Assembly: GCA_031835245.2 (NCBI GenBank)
Contig: JAVKOQ020000018.1
Location: 124,001 to 188,000 of the forward strand
DNA: 64,000 nt
Direction: 5' to 3'
Source: Balamuthia mandrillaris
Taxonomy: Eukaryota
Position 1 is the first letter of the stretch. Each line of letters begins with the position of its first letter. The notes beneath the pieces were generated by a model, which worked only from the letters and a program-made list of their open reading frames with translations, did no database searches and had not been told where the DNA came from. The position numbers and the translations under genes are program-made. Positions 23,701 through 34,900 of the stretch are shown here, one piece after another.

Positions 23701-26388
23701 GAAGAAGAAGAACAAGAACAAGAACAAGAACAAGAACAAGAAGAAGAAGAAGAACAAGAAGAACAAGAAGAACAAGAACATGAAAGAAAACGAGAATAAC
23801 ATAAACACAAGAATAAACGAGAAAGAAGTAAAAGAAAGCAGCGGGAAGACAAACTTGGACATCGATTTGGGCACCAGCAGCAATGAGAGCTTTCGCACAG
23901 TCGAGATGCGAGTGGCGGATGGCAAGGTGAAGAGGAGCTCTGCCTCTTGCGTCTCTTCGCTGCACATCAGCCCCCGAGTCGATGAGTACCTTTGTGTGTT
24001 TGAATAATAATGAGAAACAAGAGGGTGAAACAAAAGAAAGGTTCAACAACAAACCTTGACAGACTCCAAATGTCCTTTATAGCTGGCGTTATGCAAAGGA
24101 GTACCCTGATCCAAGTCCTCGCAGTTGACAGCCGCTCCAGCTGCCAACAGCGCCTTCAAACAGGAGGTCCTATTGGAGTAAGCCGCTTTGTGGAGAGGAT
24201 AAGCTCCATCCTGATCTCTGAACTGATGGTCGGCCGCTCCTTTCTCCAACAAGCATTCCACAGACGAGAGGTAGCCACGAAAGGCGGCTTTGTGGAGAGG
24301 GGTGGCCCCTTCCTCGTCGCGGCTGTTGGGGTTAGCCCCTTTGCTGAGGAGGAGGTCAATGCATTCGGTGCGACCTTTGAAAGCAGCATAGTGAAGCGGG
24401 GATGTCGTGAATTCCTCCTCTGTTTTGGTTCGAAGAGAGGAAAGAGGGAGAGGGAGAGAGGAGAGAGGAGAGAGAGAGAGAGAAGGAGAGGAAGAGAGTT
24501 AGTAAAGCGAAGGAGAAACAGCAATAGAAAATTGGAACCGATATCAGCATGGGCTCCATGTTGTAAAAGAAGTTCAAGGCATTGCTTCTGTCCTCGTCCG
24601 GCAGCATGATGGACGCCAGTGCATCCGCTGGCATCCTTGATGGCAACATTCGCTCTGCAGACTAGCAAACAACGGACCACTTCAGGATGGCCATGGAGAC
24701 AAGCCAGGTGCAGCGGCGTTCGCCCCTCTTTGTCGATGGGGTCCACTTTGCAGCCGCCGCTCTCAAGAAGAAGCTTTGCGCAGGAGAGGAAGCCCTTCTC
24801 GGCTGCCATGTGTAGCGCTGTGATGCCCGATGTATCGGCTGTTGGCGAGAAGAACAGCTGTTGCTTAGCAGAGAACAGGAAATTGGAGGAGAAAGAGAAG
24901 AGCAAAGTGAAGAGAGAAGAGCGTGAAGCGAAGAGAGAGGGCGAGAGAAGCAAAAAAGTGAGAGAAAAAAACCGTCATCCGCGGAGATCTTAAGCTCCTG
25001 TAGAAGGTACTCCACGCAGTTGCTATGGTCCGCCATAACTGCCCTATGCAACGGCGTGTGTCCGTCCTTGTCCACTAGCACACCCCTCTGTAGGACCAGC
25101 GGCTCCATCCCTGCGCTCCCTCCTCCTGTTGTAGCTGCTGCTGCTGTTGTGGAAGCAGCCTGCTCCAAGCTCTTCACCAAGACCTTCAGCACCTCCACAT
25201 GCCCCTGCCCGGCGGCATAGTGCAGGGCCGAGAGGCCGTCATTGTCCACGGCCGTGGCGGATGACGAGCCCCTTTGTAAAGCAAGAGGGATGCTATGACT
25301 GCGTTTGAAGAAGCAGAGGAGGCAGAGGAAGCAGCAGAGGAGGAGCCTGAAGAGGAGGAAGAAGAAAAAGAAGCAGGATCAAAGGGGGTTGAGGAAGAAA
25401 CGGAATAGGCTACAGAAGCACGAGGTGATGGTGGAGAGAGCAACGCTCTATCTACGTCCTCGCGACGAAGCTGCAGCGAATTAAACTCTCGTCGCGCTAT
25501 GTTGCTGCTGGTAGCAGTGGAAAGGAGAGAAGCGGCAGATAAAGAGGAAGTAGTAATGTAAGGAAGATCCATCTCCAGTCGACTGTCCTCCATAGATGCC
25601 ACACAGCTGAGATGCTTCTTTGTATCTTTTTTCCTCTCCTTTTGCACGCTTCGGCTGCTTTTGCTTCGTCGCATCTTTCTGTGTTCCTGCCTTTGGGCAC
25701 CCTTCTCTCTGCCTTTCCGCTCTCGCTCCATCCTGGAACCATCCTTCCGCACAGCATTCTCCTTCTCTTTCTTCTTCAGCGCTCCGGCAGAGGCAGCTCT
25801 AGTGAGAGACTTATTTCCTTTGGAGGTTGGGTCTGAGCTTCTTCTTCTCATTCGTTGTTGTGGTGGTTGCTCTAACCGCTCTTTTTCTCTACCTGTTTGA
25901 CGAGAAGAGCAAAGATTGTTGTTGCTGTTGGTGTGTTCTTTAGACGAAGACGGTGGAGGTGTACGCCTTTTGTTGTTGGGAGTGTTGCCGTCGTCAGAAC
26001 GATTGAGGGAGGTTTGTTGTTGTTGTTTAAGCTGCTGTAAATCCCCACATACTTCTTGAAGACTTCGCCGTTTCGTTATTTTGTCACCCCCTTTTTCTCT
26101 TCGCACCGTGGATGTGGGGCTACTTCTGGCCGAAGAGCTCTTCTTCCAAATGTTTGCCGACCGTTCCTCCACCTGCGAGGAAGAGGTCAGAGAGAAAGAA
26201 GCTTCTTTGTTGATCGAAAGCGGAAGCCTCTCGCAAGAACCTCTAGTCCCTATCATGAAGCTGATGGGACGCTCTCCTCCAGGTTCTCGTTCGACTTCCT
26301 TTAGCGCTTTTGCAATCTTCTTGGCAAGATCCTCATCTGCCATTCCTGGTTCAAATGTGCACTCTTCCTCCAAATACCAGTATTCCAC
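20703..26388 (-). CDS. ankyrin-repeat / Sec7 / PH Arf-GEF (SecG/cytohesin-like) with C-terminal class 3 lipase-like domain, multi-exon
   Basis: Ankyrin GxTPLHxA repeats; Sec7 [13 protein letters not shown] and [28 protein letters not shown]; lipase ITGHSLGAA. Confidence 0.85.
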
Positions 26389-27135
26389 AGCTCTGTCTTT
26401 TTTTTTTTTCGACTACCAGCAGCTGTCGTTGGCCGCTGCCTTTGGTTCCCTTTTTGCCGGATTGAGTGGCAAAAAAAATATATGAGTACTTTTCCCCACC
26501 GCGTTTGCTGATGATTTGAAGAGACACGGAGCTTCCCGTAAGGCGGCGCAAAGATCATAAGATCTAAGGACAACGAATAAAGAAATCACGCCATTAGTCT
26601 TTTGGGCCAATGAGCATGTTTCCCGCCAAAACAACCCTTCCTTCTCCCACCCCTTTGAAGGCAAAGTGGTGGGTTGGGGTGTGGGGTGGGGGGTGTACGG
26701 AATGGATGCTCATGCTGCTGCTGCCGCCAATAAACTTTTGGTACTCGTCAGTCGCCTTGCCATTTTTCTGCTACTCGTTTTCTTCTCTTCTCTTCTTTTC
26801 TTTTCATTTCTTTCTTTTCAAAAGTAAACACACAGACACACACATCCACGAAGCTCCACGCACCACCGTATTTCTCATTGCTACGCTTCTACTACACAAG
26901 GAGGAAACCAGCGGAAGGAGGCAGAGGTGGAAACCGAAGCGGTTCAGCCGCAGGCAGGGGCACTGCTCCGATTGAAAAGGTAGCGTTCTTTTTTCTCTGC
27001 TCGCTCACTACATTTTTTGATGATGGGAAAAAAATTTGTTACCAACCACTCACTAATGATTTCTTTTGTTTAAAAAAGAACAGCATCACGAACCTCTGTG
27101 CGCCTCTTCCACAACGCTGCTGGAAGCTGGCCTGA

Positions 27136-28461
27136 ATGGCAAGTTGCCCACAGTGCGGAAAAAAGTTTGCTACCTCTCACGGGTTGGCCATCCACTTCGG
27201 TCGGGTCCACAAGGAAGGGGGTCGCGCCACTACTTCTGCTACTTCCACTGCTACTCGGAAAAGAAGAGCGGAAAACGCCCCAGCGGCACCTCAGGCAAGG
27301 GCACAGAAGCGTGGAAGGCCGCAGGCTGCACCCGCCCAGCCCTTTTGGAACCAGTTTTCCAGCTTAATCGGGAGAAGATTAATAAAGATGAAGGAACAAG
27401 TCAGGAAGAAATTCCTAAATAACAGCAATTTCAAGGGAGAGAACAAGAGCCTTGCGTGGGTGTTGGAAACTCCTCGATTCATTCGGAGTGACGCTGTCGA
27501 TGATTTCTTCAACGGCGTGAAAAGCAGCTTGGCGGCGGGCAGAGGCACGACTGGATTCCAGATGAAGTTCCGTGGTAGGAAGGACAAGAGCCAGTCTCTC
27601 AGCATCCAAGCCAGGGAGTGGAACCACAACAGCTCTATCCGCCAACTCTTCTTCGGGGAGGCGCGAATCAAAGCGAGGGACAAGAACTACAAAGTTCCGT
27701 CAGAGGTGCTCTATGCCGTTCGTCTGGTGAAGGACACTCGACTGGGCCATTACTACCTCTGCGTGCCTCAGCCTTTGAAGCTCATGGGCGAGAGCCAAGC
27801 CCGTGAGCACCGAAGGAGAGAGGCAGGCATCATCGCCTTGGATCCAGGAGTGCGCACATTCATGACCACCTACAACGGCTGCGGGGAGGTCACCGAGTGG
27901 GGCAAAGCGGACATCAACGAGATAGGCAAGCTGTGCCACCGCCTGGATCGCATGCAGAGTAAGGGCACCAAGGTCAACCACAGACAACGGCGCCGTCTCC
28001 GAAGGGCCGCTGCTCGGCTTCGCCAGAGGATCCGCAACCTGGTGGATGACCTCCACAAGAAGCTCGTGTTTTGGTTGGTCAGGAACTTCTCCCTCATCCT
28101 TCTGCCAGAGTTCAGGAGCCAGCAGATGGTGCGGCGAGGCCACCGCCGCATTGGCTCACGAACGGCCAGAGCCATGCTCACCTGGTCCCACTATCGCTTC
28201 AGGCAGAGGCTCCTCAACAAGGCCAAGGAATTTCCGTCCTGTACGGTCTGCCTCTGCGATGAGGAATACACCTCCAAGACCTGCGGCAAGTGCGGCCAAG
28301 TCCACCACCAGTTGGGGGGAAACAAGACCTTTCGGTGCCCTCAACCCGAGTGTGGCTACCAGGCGGATCGAGATGCCAACGCCGCCCGAAACATCTTGAT
28401 CCGCTTTTTTACGTTGCAAGCACTTACCACCTCCTCCTCCTCCTCTGTGAGGGGGCGGTAG
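27136..28461 (+). CDS. Fanzor2/TnpB-like protein, 441 aa, in-frame deletion of about 143 codons including the HTH region
   Basis: Same N-terminus and RuvC motifs as copy 1; ...GRRLI joins directly to KMKEQVR... Confidence 0.88.
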   Translation: MASCPQCGKKFATSHGLAIHFGRVHKEGGRATTSATSTATRKRRAENAPAAPQARAQKRGRPQAAPAQPFWNQFSSLIGRRLIKMKEQVRKKFLNNSNFKGENKSLAWVLETPRFIRSDAVDDFFNGVKSSLAAGRGTTGFQMKFRGRKDKSQSLSIQAREWNHNSSIRQLFFGEARIKARDKNYKVPSEVLYAVRLVKDTRLGHYYLCVPQPLKLMGESQAREHRRREAGIIALDPGVRTFMTTYNGCGEVTEWGKADINEIGKLCHRLDRMQSKGTKVNHRQRRRLRRAAARLRQRIRNLVDDLHKKLVFWLVRNFSLILLPEFRSQQMVRRGHRRIGSRTARAMLTWSHYRFRQRLLNKAKEFPSCTVCLCDEEYTSKTCGKCGQVHHQLGGNKTFRCPQPECGYQADRDANAARNILIRFFTLQALTTSSSSSVRGR

Positions 28462-28635
28462 GCGGTAAGGTTGCTTTGGTGCCGGCACCGTTGCTTATAG
28501 CGAGTCGTAAGACAAGCCGTGATTAGGCACGCCGGAGGTGGGTTATTTTTTGTTTCTCTGTTTTTTGTTTTCCTTTTACTAATTTTGCTTTATTTTCGTT
28601 GTCCCATGGATCGGCTTGATCTTGGCGCCGCCTTA
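28438..28635 (+). ncRNA. putative omegaRNA region, copy 2
   Basis: Reverse complement of 808-1005. Confidence 0.65.
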
Positions 28636-30923
28636 CCCTCTCTCCTCCCAACCAGAAAGGGTGAAGGAATGGTGCTTCAACACCGAGTCGCTGCCACCGC
28701 TCCAAATATCCTGCTTACGCCCTTTCTCTCCTTCCTCCTCCTCCGAGGCTTCGTCCTCCAGAGTCATTGTCGACCACGCCGCGCACAGCACCTTCTCCTT
28801 ATGGGCAGAAGGCAAGGTGTGGAGCGGGGTGATGCTGCGCACGTCCCAAACCTTGACTTTGCCGTCGTGAGAGGCGGAGAGGAAGAGGTGCTCGTTGCGA
28901 GGATGCCATTGCACGGTGCTCACCCATTCCGCGTGAGACAAAAATCTTTGTTTCACCATTGCGCCTTCTGTTTTTGTTTGCAAGCAAGTTTAGCAGAAAT
29001 TAAAAACAAAACACAATAAAAATGAGAATTAAAGACAAAGAGAAGAGAAGGTGTTACCAGTGGAACGAGGATCCCACAAGCGGATGTAGCGATCGGTGTG
29101 GCCGCTGATCAATGCGCCAAGATTGGCGTTGAAGGAGACACTCAACACCACGTGCTCGCCTGACTATTATTGTTTTGGAAAAAAAAAAGTTGGCATAAGG
29201 AATGAAATGAAATGAGAAGAAGAAAATAGAATACCAGAGTTCTTGTGTTAACGGTGCTGTCAACATCCCATTGGCGAATAGAGTGATCCCATGAGCCGCT
29301 GTAAATGGTGTCCGCAAGTGGCCACGTTAAACAGGAAACACATTGAGCATGCGATTCCAATGTTACCAATGCGGCCTGTTGATGTGTTTTTTTAAGTTTT
29401 TTAATCTTTGAGAAGTAAAGAACGAGAAGGAATAGAGGAGAAGAGAAAAGAAAGAAGGAGAAAAAAATACCTTGAACGGTTCCTTTTTGATCTTCTTTTT
29501 GTCGGACTCGTTGGCTTCGGATTTGTCAAAAGGATCGCCGGCTTCAAACTCGGATGTAGGATCCCAAACTTTAATTGTGTTATCCCATGCTCCCGAACAA
29601 AACTGAGTTTTTGTTTGACAGAGGGCATTAATAGAGATCAGGAGGAATGACGGTGAAAGCAAAGAGAAAGAACACAAAGAAGAAGAGGACGAAGGAGGAC
29701 AAGGCAAACCTTTTGGAAAGATGGATTATGAGCGAGAGCTTCTACGGAGCCAGTGTGTCCTTTAAACCGTTCTGCGTGTTCCACTTTCGAGTTCTTTGTA
29801 TTAACCTTTGTGTTTTGGTTTTGAAAAGAAGATAGAGTATTAACAACTGCGAGCAATTTGAGACAAGAAGAAGAAAAAGCGACAAACAAATACCTTCCAA
29901 GACGATATAGTATGATCCTTTGAGCCAAGAGCAAAATAAAGGACGTCAGTGCTTGCTGTAGGTTTTTGCAGCAGTTAGAAAGATGGAAACAGAAAATACG
30001 ATAGAGAAAGAAGGAGAAGAAAAAGGAAGGAAGGACAAACGTTTGGACAACCAAGTGGCGCTCTTGACGGCTCCGGTGTGGCGGGAGCCTTCAATGACCG
30101 CCGTTTTTTCTCCTTTGCTGTCCCACACGCAACCTCCTTGATCATAGGAGCCCGTCACCACAAAGCTATATTCGTCGGTGTTTAGAACGAAGAAGCAAAG
30201 AAGTATTGAAGAAGCAAAGCAGAAAGCAGAAAGTGGGAAGTGGGAAGAAGAAGAAGAAGAAGAAGAAGAAGAAGAAGAAGAAGAAGAACAAGAAGAACAA
30301 GAAGAAGAAGAAGAACAAGAAGAGCAAGAACAAGAACAAGAACAAGAGCAAGAACAAGAACAAGAACAAGAAGAACAACAAGAAGAAAGAACAAACGAAC
30401 CCAGTGAAAGAGGTGAGCAAGCAAGAGATCCAGTCGTCGTGCTGGTGGTCGGCTTCATGCTTGGGAGGGGGCGAGGCCTCCACGTACTCCAGCGTCAGGA
30501 TCTCTTCCTCCCCCTTTTGATGCTGTGCCAAGTATTTGCCCAGCGAGGTTCGCAGAAACTGCCGGTCGATCAGAAAATCAAATGGACGTTTCGGTTCTTT
30601 CATTTTTTAATGTGTGAGTGAGCGAAAAAAAAATCCGGAGAGGAAAGAGTGAGAGTACCAAGTCCTAACAAAAAGTTGACCACCTCCGAAAGGCCCAAAC
30701 GGGACAGCCGCAGGGGAACAAAGTAGGGGGTCTCTGGCGCGCGGAGCAAAGGGTCCTTGAGCTTGGTCACGAAGCGGACCTGCATCTCCTTCTCCTTTTC
30801 TTCTCCCTCATGGTTCGCTGCCTCCGCGGAGTCCTTGGCTTTGCTCTCTCGCTTCGCCTGCTGTCGTTCCTCCTCCTCCTCCTCGTCGATCCCCTCAAAG
30901 AAGTCCTCCTCCTCGTTCATCAT
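28633..30923 (-). CDS. WDR12: ribosome biogenesis protein WDR12/Ytm1 (NLE + WD40), multi-exon
   Basis: QVRFVTK..PLRLSRLGLSEVVNFLL, PFDFLIDRQFLRTSL, LEYVEASPPP, HDDWIS, SGSWDHSIRQWD, SASHDGKVKVWDVRS. Confidence 0.92.
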
Positions 30924-31937
30924 TTTTCTTTCTTTCTTTTCTTCTTTTTTTCTTTATCGTTAAATTTTTGTAGACAAAATTCACGTCGTCACGGTGAAGT
31001 AAATATCGCGTCGTCTTGAGAGAGGAATATAGTGCCGAAATTCTGCGCAATTGGTGCACAGAAACGTTATGGAAGAAACTTGTGATGAAGGAAGGCGCTG
31101 TCCCCCCCCCCCCGCGCATGCTGCTCAACTGTGCTGCCTTCCTCAACGTTACGCTGCTGTTTTTCCCCTGGACATCACACTGCCCTCCCTTCTCTAACGG
31201 GATGCTGCTCCCGCCTCAAAAGGGGGACACTGCCCCGCCTGCTGAACCTCATGCTGCCCCACCCTCCTGCAGGGTTGGGTTGGGGCAGGTGCCACCTCCA
31301 AGCAGTCCACCACCTATTGGCAAGGCAGCAAGGGGTGGTGCACCACAACAGGGAGCTCATTGTCGATATCGAAAATCTGCGTTGGATCAATTATCCATTG
31401 TCGACACAAAATCCCGGCCAGTAAGAATGTTCCATCGGTATGAATACCGTATGATGGTCTCCGGTGTGCAGGACACGCATTCCCAATTGTTCGTTTGCTT
31501 GTTTGTTTTTTTTTTTTTTGTTGAAAACATTATTATTTTTTTTTTAACTATCACCGCCTGACCTGTTTCACAACCTTAATTTTCCAACAAAACAAATTTT
31601 TTTGAACCAACACAACAAAAACCATAGCAATCGATTTGATTGCAAATTTTTTGTTTTGCGTGTTGCTCAGGGCTCCTAAAGTACCACGTTTTTGCAGGGA
31701 ACGCCAAGGTTTGGCTCCTTAAACTACAAAAGTTTACACTTTTGTGTCAAACAACAAATCTGTTGAAAAAATTCAAAGGTGAGCAGGAATTCGTTTCCCA
31801 CAAAAGTTGGTGTCCTGAAACAGGTCAGCCTTATCAGTATACTGCAGAAGTTCGTGGACAACACGCGAAAGGCTGAAAATATTTCCAAAAAGAAAGAACC
31901 GCACCGTCCAAAAAAAAAAAATAAAAAAAATAACGCC

Positions 31938-34900
31938 ATGGAGGAGCGGGAACCACCAAACCGAGAAAGAACGGAAAGAGGACGAGAAAGAGCTAGAGGA
32001 AGAGGAAGAGGAGCTGGTGATGGTGCAGCGAGAGGAAGTGGTAGTGGAGGAAGAGGAGGACGAAGCAGGGTCAATGAAGGCGGCGAGAAGCAACACCGTG
32101 GCTCATCATCCAACAGAGGTGATGCCGTTGCAAGAGGCGGAGACAGAGGACGAGGCAGAGGCCACGAGAGCAGCAGACCTCCTCAGCAGCGTGGCCCCTC
32201 TACAGGGCTATCCTGGAGACTAGAGGGCAGAAAACCACACCAACCATCAACAGAAGGGAAAAAGGATTTCAAGCTTCAACCCTTTGCTTTCTACATTCGT
32301 CACCCCAACTTTCGTCACCAGCATGACATGAGGAAGTGGGTCCTATCTGCTCTCTGCGAGCTGGACCGCCCCGCTGATGTCATCATGAACCTGGCTAGGG
32401 AGGAATACCTCGCCATGCTGCGCCAGGTTCTGCAGTGCCCGTTTACCACGCGAGCGACGGACAGCAGGGAGCAATACTCCTTCGAGAGGGTGTGCGTCCC
32501 GCTGTGCATCCTGTTGACGAGTCCTTCCTTTGTCAACTCCCCTTTGGCCCAGAACTTGAGGCAGATCTACAGCACTGTGGCAGCTGTAGACATCTTCTTT
32601 TACAATGTGGTGAGGTGCGTGAAGCAGCTTTCCGAAGAGGGTCTCAGCATTGCTTCTAGAGGTGTATATGGAAGGAAAAGTAAAGAGGAGATCTTGTCGG
32701 ATGCGGTGCAGGAGTGGAATCCATCCCACTGGAGCGAGGTGTTGAAGCCAGTGGTCGACTTGTTTTATCTTCTGTTGACGCGTGCGACAAGGAGCTTTCT
32801 TGCGGGCGACGAGTCGATGGAGCACGCGCACCAGCAGTACCAAAACTTGCTCACCGTCTTTCGAACGTTCATGGCTAAAGAGCCTCCGGAAGACGATGCT
32901 GAACTCGGTGACTGCAACGCCATCGCAACTACTTTCTTACGTATCCATCCTCACTTTGCAAAGCGGAACCAACGACCAACTGCTGCTTCATCTCCCATTC
33001 CTTCTTTGGAACGAGCCCCTCCTTCGAGATATCGCCCTATTCCTCGGTTGCAAGAGGAAAACAGCTATTCAGCAAGAGAACCTCCAGGGGAGCTTCGAGT
33101 AGCTGGTCCAAGGCACGACAACGACAAGGCAAACTTCAGAGAGATCTCCATCGTGCCAACCGAAGGAGAGATGTTGTGTTCTCTCGCTCCCTATCTTCCG
33201 TTGGCAAAGAAGGAGGCTGAAGAAGCAGGAGAAGACTTCGGTGGTCCGAAGGAAAGTATGATAGACAAGCTGACAACACATTTGGATCGGCAATTTCGTT
33301 TGTTGCGAGAGGATTGTTTGAGAGGCTTCAGAAACTCGTTGGTTGCCTTTGTTCAAAAGTATCAGCTGAAGGAAGGCGCTAAACAACAGCAAGAGGACGC
33401 GCTGCGCCAACTTCTCGTCTATCGAAACCTTCGGGTGGAGGGCCTGCGAGTGGATTTGCGCAAAGGAGAATGCGTCATCGTCAGCTTCGATCAACTGCAA
33501 CACCTAACAAAGGCAAACAATAAGGAGAGTCTTGCGAAAGTGAAGCAGTATTGGAACTCTTTAGCCGGATCTAGGAAGCTTCAACTTGGTTCCTTGGTTT
33601 GTTTAGCATTGGGAGTGCGACCTTCATCCTCTTGCTCGTCGGAAGGAGGAGATTCTTTGACGGTGGAGAAGCTCTACTTTGCAACTATCAAGGAAAGAAA
33701 CGTTGCTGACTTGTGTGGCAAGGAACGGTGCAAAATCGGTCTCACTCTGTTGGATCCAACGGACGTCATCGACTTGGTCGCGCTCTCTGGCGGTAAACAA
33801 CAACGATCCGGAGAGAACATTCTGTTGCAGCTGAGAGGGCACTTCTTTCCTTCATATGAAGCTGTGATGGAAGCGCTGTGCAGGAAAGATGAGGTCTCGT
33901 TTCCGTTCGCGGAAGTATTGATCGGCGAAGAAGAAGACGAAGAAGGAAGCAGCAATATTCATCCACTCAGAAGACGTTGCAACTTCCTTTCAAAGCATAC
34001 CGAATATGACCTCTCCTTGCTCTATCCCGCTGCGGCAAGAAAGCGGTTTGCTTCTTCTGCAAAGTTGCTGGTGTGTCCAGCAAGGCCCTCCAAAACCAAT
34101 GAAAGGTTGTTGGAAGAATCAGCCCTTGGAAAGATCTCTCTCGATGTTACACAGTGCAGAGCCATGGCCGCTGCTCTTGCAAGACAAGTCACGTTAATCC
34201 AAGGTCCGCCAGGAACGGGAAAGACGTACGTTGGCGTTCAAATCGTGTTATCTTTGCTGCACAACAGCTCTTGTCCTACGTTGTACGAGAGTGCAGCGTG
34301 GAGGCAATGGAACCGATCTGAACAAATGCAAGCTGGAATCGGACCCCAAAGGGACGAAGGTGAAGCACGGAAGAAGCAACCTTCATTGACACCCATCCTG
34401 TGCATATGTTACACCAACCATGCGTTGGATCAGTTCTTGGAAGGGCTGTTAGATGGCGGAGTTTCAGAAAGCAGCATCGTTCGTGCGGGAGGAAGAAGCA
34501 ACAGCGACCGGCTTCAGCACCGCTTCTTACATGACCTCGCTCGCGAAGTGGCTTTCAAAAACCCTAGTGCGCGCGGCGAGTTTGGCAGAGCGAAAGCCCA
34601 ATTTGAAGCCATGGAGATTATGATCCAAGACAGCGTAGCTGGGTTGCTGAGCAAAGGAAGCAAAGCGAGCAGAAGAGCGTTGTTGGGATGGTTGGAACGA
34701 TCACGTTGGGATGAGCATTACGAAATCCTGTTCGATGAGGCGGTGGATGAAGATGGATTCAAGATTGCTGGTGGTGAGGGTGCCGTTGTACGAGAATGGT
34801 TGGGACTGACCAAGCCAGGATCCCAAATGAAAAACGATGATGAGGAACACGAGAAAAAGAAGGGCGGGAAGAAAAAGAAGAAAGAGAAAGAGCAGCAAAA

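Larger units (their letters stand above)
26539..28635 (+). mobile_element. Fanzor-carrying TIR transposon, copy 2 (2097 bp, internally deleted)
   Basis: Same TIRs (about 26539-26583 and 28588-28635); highly similar to copy 1; flanks GAGCTTCCCG and CCCTCTCTCC are not duplicated. Confidence 0.93.

Noticed and set aside
25240..25420. Programmed frameshift in the ankyrin-Sec7 gene
   Set aside because: Equally explained by a CT-rich intron or a 1-nt homopolymer error
3340..26538. Inversion between the two opposed Fanzor copies
   Set aside because: Copy 1 retains both TSD halves, so its flanks were not exchanged
31100..31345. GC-rich stretch with recurring (A/C)TGC(T/C)GC motifs between WDR12 and ZNFX1
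   Set aside because: Periodicity too degenerate to define a unit; may simply be promoter sequence
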